Origin: Patescibacteria group bacterium
GTDB lineage: Bacteria > Patescibacteriota > Patescibacteriia > Patescibacteriales > UBA12465
Direction of reading: 5' to 3'
NCBI GenBank assembly: GCA_041651195.1
Contig: JBAZJR010000006.1
Span: forward strand, 1-62,768
DNA: 62,768 bases
Translations under genes and position numbers: made by a program
The notes under the pieces: model-generated
What the model saw: the letters and a program-made list of their open reading frames with translations, nothing else
The model's database searches: none
Told to the model about the DNA's origin: nothing
Part shown: positions 28,190 through 38,824 of the stretch, one piece after another
Layout: the number at the start of each line of letters is the position of its first letter
How positions within the stretch are numbered: position 1 is the stretch's first letter

Positions 28190-28309
28190 AATAGTCGTTT
28201 ATAAAAATATTATAAGGCAAAAAAACACTTTTGACAATTAAATAATTATTTATTATACTAAAATCCGTAATCAAGGCTTATCACTTAAGCCTTGTTAACT
28301 ATCTTGAGA

Positions 28310-28393
<84 letters not shown>

Positions 28394-28404
28394 CTAGAAA
28401 AAAA

Positions 28405-28431
28405 ACGAGCAGCCTCATCTGCTCGTTTTTT
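28405..28431 (+). terminator. terminator after tRNA-Leu
   Basis: Stem ACGAGCAG / CTGCTCGT followed by TTTTT. Confidence 0.75.
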
Positions 28432-28477
28432 CATACCCTTATATCTGGATGAGCCAAATGGCTCCAATCTTATATTT

Positions 28478-28945
28478 TTACTGCTGTCCGACCGTAGCCG
28501 AGGCCGTGACTGCGCCTTGGCCCAACCGGCCATGCCCGCGACCCTGGCCTAAATAAGCGCCCATCATTAAACCATCGCCCGGTCTGGATAAGCCTAGATT
28601 CTTCATTATACTATCCGCTTGAACGCGTAATTTATAAGCTTCGGCATATTGGCTGAAATTAGACGCGCTGATCTTTTCCAGAATCGGAGAATCAGCATGG
28701 ATAGCTTTCACGGCCGCGGCCCAGGCTGTATAATCGCCATTTTTAAGAGCCGTATCAATCGCCGCCCGCTTAGCCTCCATCTCTGTCTTTTGCGCTTCGG
28801 TCAGATTACATTCGCGGGGCGCATTATTCTTTCCTCGGCCGAAAGTCGCGCCCGTGCTAGAATCAGCGGCTAGGACCGTGGTCGCGCCAGCGGCCAGCGC
28901 TAAAAACGATAAAATGCCTAAACCCAGTAAATATTTTTTCTTCAT
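28478..28945 (-). CDS. hypothetical secreted protein
   Basis: 155 aa. Signal peptide MKKKYLLGLGILSFLALAAGATTVLA, a helical core and a Gly-rich tail. No family recognised. Confidence 0.55.
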   Translation of the reverse strand: MKKKYLLGLGILSFLALAAGATTVLAADSSTGATFGRGKNNAPRECNLTEAQKTEMEAKRAAIDTALKNGDYTAWAAAVKAIHADSPILEKISASNFSQYAEAYKLRVQADSIMKNLGLSRPGDGLMMGAYLGQGRGHGRLGQGAVTASATVGQQ

Positions 28946-29101
28946 AAATTTATCTCCTTTATCAAGCGCCGGATCAGCCGGCTTATCGATAAAGTCCGTT
29001 AATTAATTAGTTAATTTTATTAAACACGAGAGATCTCTACTGCCCTGTGCAATCTATTACGCCAGCAAGCGCTTTAATCTTCAACTGCCCCTTTCCGCAA
29101 C

Positions 29102-29124
29102 CAAAAACGACCCGGCTGGGTCGT
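29102..29124 (-). terminator. terminator of the 29154-29507 gene
   Basis: Stem ACGACCC / GGGTCGT, followed on the minus strand by TTTTTGG. Confidence 0.6.
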
Positions 29125-29153
29125 TAATATTTTTATTAATATTAGCCTAATTA

Positions 29154-29507
29154 TCAAGCTTTCTTGAATCTCACCGTAAAGACCGGTTCATACTCCACCT
29201 GATTCTCATCGATAATCTTCACTGCTTCGCCGCTCGTCAGCTGGGCCATCGCCAGATCGCTCAATAATTGATTATCGCCGGCGATATTGAGCTTCAAACC
29301 CTCCAGCTTATTGAATTCTGCCTGAAAATCCGCTTGTACGCCGGACTCCAGCTTTTTCTTCTTGATTTTCAAGTCATTCAATTCCTCTGAAATCTTCTGA
29401 TACTCGCCGTTGACTGATAAGGCGTCGCGATACATCGCTTTGAGTTCGCGCTGTTCTTTTTTCCGATCTTGGATCCGTTTAAAAACGTCAGGAAGCTGTT
29501 GGGACAT
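29154..29507 (-). CDS. hypothetical coiled-coil protein
   Basis: 117 aa. Heptad-like charged helix (KKEQRELKAMYRD..LNDLKIKKKKLES). Has its own TGCTATAAT element and terminator. Confidence 0.5.
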   Translation of the reverse strand: MSQQLPDVFKRIQDRKKEQRELKAMYRDALSVNGEYQKISEELNDLKIKKKKLESGVQADFQAEFNKLEGLKLNIAGDNQLLSDLAMAQLTSGEAVKIIDENQVEYEPVFTVRFKKA

Positions 29508-29545
29508 AATGGTTTTCGTAAATTATTTTTTTAAACACGAAAATC

Positions 29546-29554
29546 ATTATAGCA
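29546..29554 (-). promoter_or_regulatory. extended -10 element TGCTATAAT
   Basis: Plus strand reads attatagca. 38 nt upstream of the ATG at 29507. Confidence 0.5.
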
Positions 29555-29590
29555 CATAAAAATAAAAACGCCTCATTTTATGATACCGTC

Positions 29591-30667
29591 TTATTTTATA
29601 ATACCGCCGCCCAAGACTCGATTCCGTTCGTAGAAGACAACGCTCTGGCCCGGCGTAATAGCGCGCTGGGGCTTAATGAATCTGACCAGATAATCACGCC
29701 TATTCTTAGGCGTCACGATGCAGGGCGCGGCCGGATGGCCATAACGGATAACCGCGCCGCACTTAAAGGCGCGCTGGGGCGCTCGGCCAGATAGCCAATT
29801 AACCTTTTGGGCGATGAGCTCATCCCGATATAGGATCGCTTGATTCCATTCCTTGACGACATATAGAATATTCTTCTGGTAATCGAAGCGCGCTACGTAA
29901 TAAGGGCCGGTGCCGCCGACCAGTCCCCGCCGCTGGCCGATGGTATAAAGCGGCAAACCTTGGTGGACGCCTATCTTCTCACTATTCTCTAAAAGCCTGA
30001 TATCGCCTGGTGCCAAGGTCAGATATTTCTTCAAAAAATCATTATGAGCGCCGGAGAGGAAGCAGATGTCCTGGCTCTCAGGCTTGCTGGCGACTCGCAA
30101 TCCGAATTTGGCTGCCAAGCGGCGGACCTGCGGCTTAGTATAGCGGCCGAGCGGAAAAAGCAGATGCTTAAGCTCGTCGGGCCGGAAAGTATATAAAAAA
30201 TAAGACTGATCCTTTCTCTTGTCCTTCGCCTTAAGAAGCTGATAAGCGCGGCCGACCTTTCTAATCGTCAAATAATGCCCGGTCGCGACATAATCAAAGC
30301 CTAGGGCGCGAGCCTGCTGCAACAAGCGGCCGATCTTGACCTGCCGATTACAGACCACGCAGGGATTAGGCGTCCGGCCGCTAGCGTATTCGCTCAAAAA
30401 ATTGTCTACGACCGCTGCCTTGAATGGCTCTGAAAAATTAAAAGTATAAAAAGGGATGCCGATCTTCGCCGCGACCGACCGAGCATCCGCCAAGGACTCT
30501 AAAGAGCAGCAACGGTTTTCCGCGGCCGCACCCGCTCCTTCGTCTTTCCAAAAATGCAAGAAGACGCCGGATACATCATAGCCTTGATCCTGCAAGAGCT
30601 TGGCGGCGACTGACGAGTCGACTCCGCCGGAGATAGCCACTAAGACCTTTTTATTTTTTGCTCTCAT
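29591..30667 (-). CDS. mnmA: tRNA 2-thiouridine(34) synthase MnmA
   Basis: PP-loop VLVAISGGVDSSVAA and catalytic Cys contexts (NPCVVCN, DICFL). The ORF-track start at 30679 is TTG. The ATG at 30667 is preferred. Confidence 0.9.
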   Translation of the reverse strand: MRAKNKKVLVAISGGVDSSVAAKLLQDQGYDVSGVFLHFWKDEGAGAAAENRCCSLESLADARSVAAKIGIPFYTFNFSEPFKAAVVDNFLSEYASGRTPNPCVVCNRQVKIGRLLQQARALGFDYVATGHYLTIRKVGRAYQLLKAKDKRKDQSYFLYTFRPDELKHLLFPLGRYTKPQVRRLAAKFGLRVASKPESQDICFLSGAHNDFLKKYLTLAPGDIRLLENSEKIGVHQGLPLYTIGQRRGLVGGTGPYYVARFDYQKNILYVVKEWNQAILYRDELIAQKVNWLSGRAPQRAFKCGAVIRYGHPAAPCIVTPKNRRDYLVRFIKPQRAITPGQSVVFYERNRVLGGGIIK

Positions 30668-31853
30668 AATATTCGTCAAATACTTTCAGATATTCGGCCG
30701 CCGCCTTTTCCCAGGAAAAGAAACGGGCGCGTTCATATCCGGCGGCGATTAAACGGCTCCTGACGCGGCTATCATCCAGGGCAAACTCTAGGGCGCGAGC
30801 GATCTCTTCCGGCTTGAAAGGATTGATCATCAACGCCGCGCCGCCGACTACTTCCGGCAAACTGGAAACATTAGAACAAACGACGGGTAATCCGTAGGCC
30901 ATCGCCTCTAAAGGCGGAAATCCGAAGCCCTCATAGTATGACGGGTAAACAAAGACTGAAGAGATGCTGTATAATATTTCTTTTTCTTTCTTGCTGATAT
31001 AGCCTAAGAATTTAATATCATCCTGATAAGGGGAACGTCGCCAAGCGGCATAGATATCTTTATTCTTCCAGCCGTCGGCGCCGGCTAAAAGCAGGCGCAG
31101 ATCCGATTGGTCGCCACGCGCAGCCTCTTTATCGCGCAAAAGATTAAAAGCTTCGATCAGGCCGCGGATATTCTTGCGCGGCTCGATATTGCCAAGATAC
31201 AAGATGAAACGCCCGGCCGCGGGCTTCAGCGCCGCGCTACCCATCAAACTATGCTTGACCAAGAATTCACGCGCCTCTTCCGCACCGACTTCTCTCTTAA
31301 TGACATTATTGCCGGAATAGATCACCCTGACCTTATCCGGCCGCACGCCCGCCAGTTCAACGATGTCATTCTTAGTATTTTCAGAGACGGCAATAACCTT
31401 ATCGGCCGCCCGCAGGGTTTCCCTGACTGATAAAGTCCGATGCCAGAGATTCTTGCGCCCGCTAAAAAATTCCGGATAACGCAGAAAGGAAAGATCGTGG
31501 ACCGTAACGATGCGCCGCGGGCCGCCTGGCCGGGCGCTCAAGCGGGTAAAATTGAAATGAGGCGACCAAAAGACATCTGTCCCGCCTAAAACACGGTCTA
31601 TCTTCGGCCAGGCTAAAGTTTTCTGCAAAAGATAATTAAAAACCTTGTTCGGCCAATGGGTACCGATGACCTTCGCCCGCGCGCTATTCCAGGCGCGGAA
31701 ACGCTGGTCAAAGTCATGGTAGGAATTATAAAACAGGCGGTAATCGTTAATCGCGTCCAAGCGCAAGATCGCCGCTAATAAATTAGCGGTGTATTCCGAT
31801 ACGCCGCTATAGTATTCATCCATCAAGACCCGGATATCGACGCCAATTTTCAT
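30651..31853 (-). CDS. glycosyltransferase family 4
   Basis: 400 aa. GNIEPRKN..., then YEGFGFPPLEAMAYGLPVVCSNVSSLPEVVG (E-x7-E). ATGA overlap with the upstream GT gene. Confidence 0.85.
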   Translation of the reverse strand: MKIGVDIRVLMDEYYSGVSEYTANLLAAILRLDAINDYRLFYNSYHDFDQRFRAWNSARAKVIGTHWPNKVFNYLLQKTLAWPKIDRVLGGTDVFWSPHFNFTRLSARPGGPRRIVTVHDLSFLRYPEFFSGRKNLWHRTLSVRETLRAADKVIAVSENTKNDIVELAGVRPDKVRVIYSGNNVIKREVGAEEAREFLVKHSLMGSAALKPAAGRFILYLGNIEPRKNIRGLIEAFNLLRDKEAARGDQSDLRLLLAGADGWKNKDIYAAWRRSPYQDDIKFLGYISKKEKEILYSISSVFVYPSYYEGFGFPPLEAMAYGLPVVCSNVSSLPEVVGGAALMINPFKPEEIARALEFALDDSRVRSRLIAAGYERARFFSWEKAAAEYLKVFDEYYESKK

Positions 31854-32962
31854 ACTTTATTATTATCTATAAAATCTCGCAACCGCTGCTTAAAATTGTC
31901 GACCGAATATTGTTCCGCGTGCCGGCGGATAGCGACCGGATCAAAATCAGCGGGACGGAAAGATTGGATCGCGGCCCGTAGCGATTCAGACGTCTGCTCC
32001 GTGAAGAAAATCCCGGTCTGGCCGGCGATGACAGTCTCGGTCGCGCCGCCTTTCTGATAAGCGATAACCGGCCGGCCGCTGGCCATCGATTCGATGACCG
32101 TAATGCCGAAATCCTCTTCCTGCGGATTAATGAAAGCCTGCGCCCCGCTGAATAAGCGAGCCTTCTCTTCCTCGCTCACCCGGCCCAGGAATTCAATGTT
32201 GGCGCTGCCAACGGCTAAATTACGGAGACGCGGCAAATCGACGCCGTCTCCAAAAATCTTCAAACGATAATCCGCGCCTAATTTCTGAAAAGCGTCAATC
32301 ACGATATCGATCCGCTTATAGGGCGCCAAGCGGCACCCCGCCAAGAAATAAGGGGCGCCGGGCGCTGGCTGGCTCAAATCACTGATAAAAAATTTGTCGG
32401 TCTCCACCGGCGGATAGATGACCGCGGCTTCGCGGCGATAATATTTCCTGATCCGGCCAGCCACCGTCCGGGAATTAGCGATAAAATAATCGACCCGCTG
32501 CGCCGCGCTGTAATCCCAGAGGCGCAGACGGCCTAAGACCAAGGAAATAACCTTCTTCAACCATTTATTATAAGGGAGCTCATTCAGATATTCATGCGCG
32601 TCACTCCAAAGATAGCGGGTCGGCGTATGGCAATAGCAGATATGGGTCGTCCCGGGCGCAGTGATCACTCCCTTGCTGAAAGCGCTGGCATCGGAGATTA
32701 CCAGGTCATAGGGGCGCAAATCAAAAAACTCCACGGCCAGAGGCATAAAATACAGATACCATTTATAATGGCGGATCCCGCCCGGCAGCTTCTGGATGAT
32801 CGAAGTTTCGATATGGCGGTCGGCAAAGTTCTTAGCCACATTCTCCGGCTCGTAAAGAAGAGTATAGATTGGCGCGTCCGGGAACATCTCGGCTAAGACT
32901 TTCAGAACCTTTTCCGCCCCGCCGTCTTGCGCCAGATGATCATGGATGAGAGCGACTTTCAT
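31850..32962 (-). CDS. glycosyltransferase family 4
   Basis: The ATG at 32962 (MKVALIHDHLAQDGGAEKV) is preferred over the track start at 33049, which overlaps the upstream gene. C-terminal EDFGITVIESMASGRPVIAYQKGGATE. Confidence 0.85.
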   Translation of the reverse strand: MKVALIHDHLAQDGGAEKVLKVLAEMFPDAPIYTLLYEPENVAKNFADRHIETSIIQKLPGGIRHYKWYLYFMPLAVEFFDLRPYDLVISDASAFSKGVITAPGTTHICYCHTPTRYLWSDAHEYLNELPYNKWLKKVISLVLGRLRLWDYSAAQRVDYFIANSRTVAGRIRKYYRREAAVIYPPVETDKFFISDLSQPAPGAPYFLAGCRLAPYKRIDIVIDAFQKLGADYRLKIFGDGVDLPRLRNLAVGSANIEFLGRVSEEEKARLFSGAQAFINPQEEDFGITVIESMASGRPVIAYQKGGATETVIAGQTGIFFTEQTSESLRAAIQSFRPADFDPVAIRRHAEQYSVDNFKQRLRDFIDNNKV

Positions 32963-32966
32963 GTGA

Positions 32967-34382
32967 TTATTCCGCCTCCCGATGCCGCAAGACGGCGAGA
33001 GGGGTCTTAAATAAGATAGAAATATCCAAAAGCAATGACCAGTTTTCAATATAATAAATGTCTAATTTAGCTTCTTCTTCAAAGAGGAGGTCGCTGCGGC
33101 CGGAGACCTGGGCTAAGCCAGTGATGCCCGGCTTCACCGTCAGAGTCTTCTTATGGTAATTTTCATATTTAGCCACTTCTTCGGGCAGGTGCGGACGCGG
33201 TCCGACCAAGCTCATCCGGCCGATAAAAACTAAGAACAATTCCGGTAGTTCATCGATCGACCAGCGGCGGATAATCTTGCCGACGCGGGTGACGCGCGGA
33301 TCATCCTTGATCTTGACCATCGGGCCGTCGGTGCGCAGATTGCGATCCGCCAGCTCGTTATAGCGCATGCTGTCGGTATTCGGGGTCATAGACCGGAATT
33401 TGAAATATTTGAAAGGCGCCCCGCCCTGGCCGATCCGGGTTACATAAGCACCATCGTCGCGGCGAGAAAAAAAGATCGGGCCGCGCGAATCCAGGAGGAT
33501 GGCGAGAACCGTCAGCAGGATCAAAGGCGAAAGGATAATAATCAAGAAACCGGAGACCACGATATCAAAAATCCGTTTCAAGATCCGGCCCCAGCCTTCC
33601 AGAGTCGTCCGCTTGACTTCCACGACCGGAATACCGATGATTTCCGTCACCTCCGTACGCAAGACCTTTACTTCCAAAAGGTCGGCAACATATTTAAAGG
33701 TAAGGTGGTTTTCATTAGCAAAATCATATAAGCGCAGGGTTTCAGCCTTACTGAGATTCGGGTCGCTCTGGATAATCTCATCGATCGCCCGGTCCTGGAT
33801 GAATTCCGCGAGCTCTTGTGCGGTCTCTAAGGAAAAATCCCGAACCCGCTTGACCACGGCAAAGCCGCCCTTGCTATTCTTGGAAAATTCGGCCATCAGA
33901 TTTTCCGTGGTCTTAGAGTTGCCGACCAAGATGACCTTATGGACACCGACGCCGTAGCGGAACAAGAAGCGCTGCAGCCCACGGATCAAGAGACGGGCTA
34001 AACTGAGATAGATTACCGCGAACAGCCAGCCGGCCAGGACAATAAAACGGGAATCGAATAATTCCCGCTGGAAAAAGACTAGGACCGCTACGAGAGCCAG
34101 GCCGGTCGAACAAGCAAAAAAAATCTTCTGCAGTTCCTGTGCTAGCTGGCGCGTACTGCGGATCTGATAGAGACCGGCGAGCATCAGGATCAGGCTCCAT
34201 AAGACAGCGATAATAAGCACCGACCGGAAATAGGCCGGAAACTCTAAATTAAAAATCACCGGTCGGAGAGTTACCGACCAGTGGGAAAATCTTAAATAGT
34301 AAGCCGAGATCCCGGCCAGCACCACTAAGATAAAATCAACCGGCACGAACAGGGCGGAAAAAAACGACTCAATCTTTTGCAT
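32967..34382 (-). CDS. polyprenyl-phosphate sugar phosphotransferase (WbaP/WcaJ-like initiating enzyme)
   Basis: 471 aa. N-terminal TM block, then the bacterial sugar transferase domain (RIFDIVVSGFLII.., MSLVGPRPHLPEEV, PGITGLAQVSGRSDL). Confidence 0.85.
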   Translation of the reverse strand: MQKIESFFSALFVPVDFILVVLAGISAYYLRFSHWSVTLRPVIFNLEFPAYFRSVLIIAVLWSLILMLAGLYQIRSTRQLAQELQKIFFACSTGLALVAVLVFFQRELFDSRFIVLAGWLFAVIYLSLARLLIRGLQRFLFRYGVGVHKVILVGNSKTTENLMAEFSKNSKGGFAVVKRVRDFSLETAQELAEFIQDRAIDEIIQSDPNLSKAETLRLYDFANENHLTFKYVADLLEVKVLRTEVTEIIGIPVVEVKRTTLEGWGRILKRIFDIVVSGFLIIILSPLILLTVLAILLDSRGPIFFSRRDDGAYVTRIGQGGAPFKYFKFRSMTPNTDSMRYNELADRNLRTDGPMVKIKDDPRVTRVGKIIRRWSIDELPELFLVFIGRMSLVGPRPHLPEEVAKYENYHKKTLTVKPGITGLAQVSGRSDLLFEEEAKLDIYYIENWSLLLDISILFKTPLAVLRHREAE

Positions 34383-34405
34383 AATCTAAATTTTTAAAAA
34401 CCGAA

Positions 34406-34779
34406 TTATCGGGGGCAGCCGTAAGCCGGATTCTGTTCTAGCGATCATTTATCTAGGCCGGTTATTGCTAACCGGCTCGAGCGAGCCACTTGTCATTTAT
34501 CCGAAGCACGGATAAAGTTTGCTCTTGCTTCCGATAGGGTTTACCGGGGTCTCTCCGTCGCCGGAGGCCCAGACCGGTAGCCTCCAAGAAGGCATCCTGT
34601 CTCTTTTCACCTTTGATTCTGTTAAATATTCCAGAATTAGTATTGTCTCTGTGGCACTTTCCCTAAACCATCCGTTTTAAGGGGACGGCTCGGTGGGTAT
34701 TACCCACTATCGTTTTTTATGAAGTCCGGACTTTCCTCCCTGCCTGACGGCAGAGCGATCGCCCGCTTACCCCTGATAA
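34406..34779 (-). ncRNA. rnpB: RNase P RNA (bacterial type A-like)
   Basis: Minus strand carries GGAGGAAAGTCCGGACT (P4 5' strand), AAAGGTGAAAAG, and ACAGAATCCGGCTTA (P4 3' strand). The termini pair (TTATCAGGGG / CCCCCGATAA). Ends are approximate. Confidence 0.85.
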
Positions 34780-34842
34780 CGATTCTATACTACAATAAAA
34801 GATTAAAAAAAGCAAATTTTTTAAAATATTTTATTTAATATT

Positions 34843-34875
34843 AAACAAAAAGCTACCGTACTTCAATACGGTAGC
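34843..34875 (-). terminator. terminator of the giant surface protein operon
   Basis: Stem GCTACCGTA (34852-34860) / TACGGTAGC (34867-34875), followed on the minus strand by TTTTTGTTT. Confidence 0.75.
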
Positions 34876-34931
34876 CTTGCCGCCCATCAAATAACTAATC
34901 GGCCTGGATTACTTAGTCTCAAGGTGGTGGA

Positions 34932-37900
34932 TTACTTAGTAGTCAGATAGATCTGCCGCACCTGCGCCGCACTCAAAGCGCCCTCATAAATCCCCAGGTC
35001 GTCCATTTCCGAACCATCGCTATCACTCGTTATTACCAAGCGGCTGATCCGATCTTCAGGGCGGAACCAGATTTCCGAAGAACTGGCTTTTTCTTCTCCA
35101 TCGACATAAAAACGCAATTTATAGCGATAGGAATCATAAACCAGAGCCAGGTGATGCCAAGCGTCGTCATAAGGGATATGTTTATTAATCCCTTCAGATA
35201 AGACGCCATAACGGCTATTGAACCAATACCCCAGGCGGAAATAATTAGTGATCAAGACGAAGAGATTCTTATTCTCATCTGTTTCACCGCCCAGATGGAT
35301 ATTCGCTCTGCCTTCTATCGGATAAGCGCTATTGCGCCACCAGAAGGATAAGGAAAGATCGCGAGAGTCTAATGGCGCGCCTAAATCAGCGGTAAACGAG
35401 CGGTTATAGATCGTCTTCAAGGCATAGTTATCGTGCCGCCGGCCAGCCCAAGCTTCCGGGTCAACATGTAGCGCGACCAGGCCGACGCTATCAAGCGCTA
35501 AGGAGCCGGTATCTTCTTCAAAGTCCCAAAAATGAGCTAAACGAGCCGGCGTTTGGGCCGGACGCGCCACCAGCGGAGCAAAAGGCGCATCGGCCAGATA
35601 GTTGCTCAAGATCTCGCCGGGCGCGAGCGGGCGCGCCCAGAAAGCTAATTCATCGAGCACCGCCCTGTCATACTCATCACCGGCCTGCCAGGCGGTTATG
35701 AGCGGCAGGCGCGCGAAGAAATTTTCTCTGATAATTTCCTGGCCATCGATATATACGGCCCAATAATCTGCCGCCTGATTTACTACTAATACCGCCTGAT
35801 GCCAGCCCGCGTCAAATTTAGTATCCAGATAATAGCGCCACTCGGAGTTAGGCAGGCCTTCGACCGTCACCAAGCCGGACTCTATAATTAATTTGACGGT
35901 CGATCCGTCTTCCCCGGACAGATCAAAATTCAGGCGAGGAAAATCGAATATACCTTTCTTATAATAGAAGCTCAAAGAAAGGCCGTCCAGGTCAATCGGC
36001 GGATTCAGGGGGCTAGACAAGATAGCGTCCGGAGCGTTGATGGCGCGGGCGCAATCCCATTTGCCGACCGTCCATTCCCCGTCCCCGTAGCATTCGTCAA
36101 AATGCCAAAGCTCGGCGAGATCTGCGGAAATTGTCGGCGTTGGCGCGATAAATAAGTCCAAATCAGGATCATCGCCGGCCGAATCAGGATCAAGGACGAT
36201 AGACGGATCATCGGCTAAAAGCAGATTAAAATCCAAGCGGTTATCGCCAGCCGAAGCGATCCGGTTCAAAAAATAATTATCACTGATCTCCGGCGCCGGA
36301 CCGCTGCCTCGGAAATAGGTCGCGTCCGACCCGAAGCCGACAGCATCGATGATGTTCTCATCCGTACTAGAGCTGACTGGCCCGTTCCCTACATATACGG
36401 TATACCCGGAACCTGTCCAGACGAATTCATCGCGCGTTGCCAACGCGTCGGCCCGACCCTGATAATAAGAATTGGCCTCATCGCGGACGATCAGATAACT
36501 ATCATGCGCCTTGATAACCGTGCCGCCCGGATAAACGCCGTCTTCCGGATCGCCGATTCGCATCACCAGGCTCGGCTCTTCGGCTGTCTTGGTCTTTTCC
36601 AGTCGATAGCCGGCGGCCGCCAGATCAAAATCGTAGTCGGTCGGATTAAATAATTCAATCCAATCGTTATCGCCGGTCGCATAGATCTTATTAATCAAGG
36701 CAAAAGACTCGGCTAGCTCCGGAGTAGAGGTCGCGATTTCCGGAGTCGAAGTCGGCGTCTCTTCAGCTCCTGGCGTGGAAGTCGCGATCTCCGGCGTCTC
36801 CGGAGTAGAGGTGGGCGTATCCGAAGTTTCCTCGGAGGAGGTCGCGACCGCCTCGGTAGAACTAGCCAAAAGGGCGGCGCGCGCGGCCACGGCCGCCGGA
36901 TCAGGAGCCGGCGCGAGAGTGAAATCAGTCCGGTTGTCTTCACCATTATCGATCCGGCTCAAGAAATAATAATCCGTAATTTCCGGCGCCGGACCATTGC
37001 CTTGGAAGTAAGTCGCGTCCGGTCCGAAGCCGACAGCATCGATGATGTTCGGATCCGCGCTAGAACTAATCGCGCCATCGCCCGTATATATAGTATAAGC
37101 GGAACCAGACCAATTAAATTCATCGCGCGTGGCCAGAGCATCGGCTTGGACGCGATAAAAGTCAGCGGCGGTCGAGCGGACGATCAGATAACTATCATGC
37201 GCCTTGATGACCGTGCCGCCGGGATATGAACCATCCGCCACATTGCCGAGCCTGATCATTAAGCTTGGGTCATCAGCCGTCTTAGTTTTTTCCAAGCGAT
37301 AGCCGGCGGCCGCCATATCAAAATCGTAATCGGTCGGATTAAATAATTCGATCCAATCGTTATCGCCGGTTCCGGAAATCTTATTGATCAGAGCGATCTT
37401 CGGCTGTTCATCTCCTGATAACGAGGCGCCGGAGCTGGCTGGATTGCTGACCGTAGTATAGATCACCGGCTGATAATAAGCGGGCGCGACTGGAGTCTGG
37501 CTCGATGAATTAGCGGAATTAGTAGAGGCGGTCTGGACGGAAACCGGGGACACGGCGGCTGAAACCTTATCAGCCACGGCTGCCTTATCAGGCGCCGTTT
37601 TCTTGACCGTTGTTTTCTCAGCCGTCATTCCAGATTGCTTAGCCGCTTCTTCACTCGCTGATCCTATATTTCCTTGCCCTTTAACCGCCTTATTAACCGT
37701 TACTCGCGGCAGCGCGTCAGCCGCGACCTTTTTAGCCGTCGCGGCGCTACCTGTTGTTTTCTTAGCCGTCGCGCCAGCTGCCTTCTGTAAACCTTGGTCA
37801 TCTAGGACTAATTCCGTGCCCGGATCCGAGCCGAAAAATTTCTGGAGCAAGCCCTGCGCTAAAGTCTGGGCTTGGCTGGCGACCTGGACCAAGCTTTCCT

Positions 37901-38813
37901 TGGCCAGGCGCGCAATATTTTTCAGACTCGATACCGGGTTATTGATCAAACTCCAGCGCAAGGCTAGAGCTTTCACGTCGAGCGCGCCGCGGACATCCTG
38001 ATTCGCGAAAGAAGAAGCTATTTCCAAATCCGCGGCCACCGGTTCAAGGGTCCCTTGCAAAAACTGCGTATAGGGCAAAAAGATATAGCGGTCGCCAGCG
38101 TATTCTAAGCCTAAGTCATAGCCGATCAGCTCCGGCGCCGGGATCAAGAGGTCGCGGCGGCGGGCGATCTTCGAAAATTCCCGATTTCTGGAAAAGCAGT
38201 CGCCTTCCGAATTAACGACACTCTGATTATCATAACCATCCGGAGTAATATCTACCGCATAATGGTCCGGGTCATATTCTAGCGCCCCCAGATTATTAGG
38301 ATTAGCTATGTCCGCGCTTTCATAAATCTTTTCTAAGAGGCCGACGCAGGTCCAATCGCCGCTAGCCGGACCTTTCTGGCGCTTAAAATCAAAATCATAA
38401 GCCTGATCGCGGCCGACCAAGCTCTTGGCGATCGCGACTGCTTTGGCTCGCTGTAGCGGACTGGCATCGCGGGGCAGACGGGCGCCCAAGAAAGTCTCCT
38501 GCTCCGCCAGATTGACAAAATATTTAGCCGGCGTCTTGACTATGCCGCCGGCGCCAGCCTCTACGACATAATCGACGCCATCTTCCCGGCCGATATAGAT
38601 CGCGGCATGGCCGGCATAAACATGCCGGACTATCCCCTGCTCCGCTTCCAATAAAGGATCGCCGCTATAGCCGAACATCTTGCCATTCTCCGAGCTGCGG
38701 TATAAGAGGGTTCCCGGCGGCATGGCCCGGCACATAGCCGGCAGCCACAGGGAAAAAAATATCGTTGAGCCCAGAAAAGCAAAGCTGGACAAAAATGATT
38801 TCGTTGGTTGCAT
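34932..38813 (-). CDS. giant secreted protein: permuted papain-like (YiiX/NlpC-P60 superfamily) domain, two lamin-tail domains, two LamG/ConA-like domains
   Basis: 1293 aa. Signal-like N-terminus. The His motif GHAAIYIG precedes the Cys motif DWTCVGLLEKIY. Ala/Lys/Thr linker. Two LTD units (GDNDWIELFNPTDYDFD). Two ConA-like units ending LDELAFWARPL and MDDLGIYEGAL. Confidence 0.7.
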   Translation of the reverse strand: MQPTKSFLSSFAFLGSTIFFSLWLPAMCRAMPPGTLLYRSSENGKMFGYSGDPLLEAEQGIVRHVYAGHAAIYIGREDGVDYVVEAGAGGIVKTPAKYFVNLAEQETFLGARLPRDASPLQRAKAVAIAKSLVGRDQAYDFDFKRQKGPASGDWTCVGLLEKIYESADIANPNNLGALEYDPDHYAVDITPDGYDNQSVVNSEGDCFSRNREFSKIARRRDLLIPAPELIGYDLGLEYAGDRYIFLPYTQFLQGTLEPVAADLEIASSFANQDVRGALDVKALALRWSLINNPVSSLKNIARLAKESLVQVASQAQTLAQGLLQKFFGSDPGTELVLDDQGLQKAAGATAKKTTGSAATAKKVAADALPRVTVNKAVKGQGNIGSASEEAAKQSGMTAEKTTVKKTAPDKAAVADKVSAAVSPVSVQTASTNSANSSSQTPVAPAYYQPVIYTTVSNPASSGASLSGDEQPKIALINKISGTGDNDWIELFNPTDYDFDMAAAGYRLEKTKTADDPSLMIRLGNVADGSYPGGTVIKAHDSYLIVRSTAADFYRVQADALATRDEFNWSGSAYTIYTGDGAISSSADPNIIDAVGFGPDATYFQGNGPAPEITDYYFLSRIDNGEDNRTDFTLAPAPDPAAVAARAALLASSTEAVATSSEETSDTPTSTPETPEIATSTPGAEETPTSTPEIATSTPELAESFALINKIYATGDNDWIELFNPTDYDFDLAAAGYRLEKTKTAEEPSLVMRIGDPEDGVYPGGTVIKAHDSYLIVRDEANSYYQGRADALATRDEFVWTGSGYTVYVGNGPVSSSTDENIIDAVGFGSDATYFRGSGPAPEISDNYFLNRIASAGDNRLDFNLLLADDPSIVLDPDSAGDDPDLDLFIAPTPTISADLAELWHFDECYGDGEWTVGKWDCARAINAPDAILSSPLNPPIDLDGLSLSFYYKKGIFDFPRLNFDLSGEDGSTVKLIIESGLVTVEGLPNSEWRYYLDTKFDAGWHQAVLVVNQAADYWAVYIDGQEIIRENFFARLPLITAWQAGDEYDRAVLDELAFWARPLAPGEILSNYLADAPFAPLVARPAQTPARLAHFWDFEEDTGSLALDSVGLVALHVDPEAWAGRRHDNYALKTIYNRSFTADLGAPLDSRDLSLSFWWRNSAYPIEGRANIHLGGETDENKNLFVLITNYFRLGYWFNSRYGVLSEGINKHIPYDDAWHHLALVYDSYRYKLRFYVDGEEKASSSEIWFRPEDRISRLVITSDSDGSEMDDLGIYEGALSAAQVRQIYLTTK
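36205..37400 (-). repeat. in-frame internal duplication (two LTD-encoding units offset by 693 bp) separated by a TSTPE-repeat linker
   Basis: agccggcggccgcca.atcaaaatcgta.tcggtcggattaaataattc.atccaatcgttatcgccggt occurs at 36608-36677 and at 37301-37370. The protein units are about 70-75% identical by eye. Confidence 0.8.
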
Positions 38814-38824
38814 ATAATTAACAA

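Noticed and set aside
36205-37400. The two LTD-encoding repeats as a DGR template/variable repeat pair
   Set aside because: The mismatches between copies are not adenine-specific, the units are ~500 bp long and both lie inside the same ORF. No reverse transcriptase is present in the window. It is a plain domain duplication.
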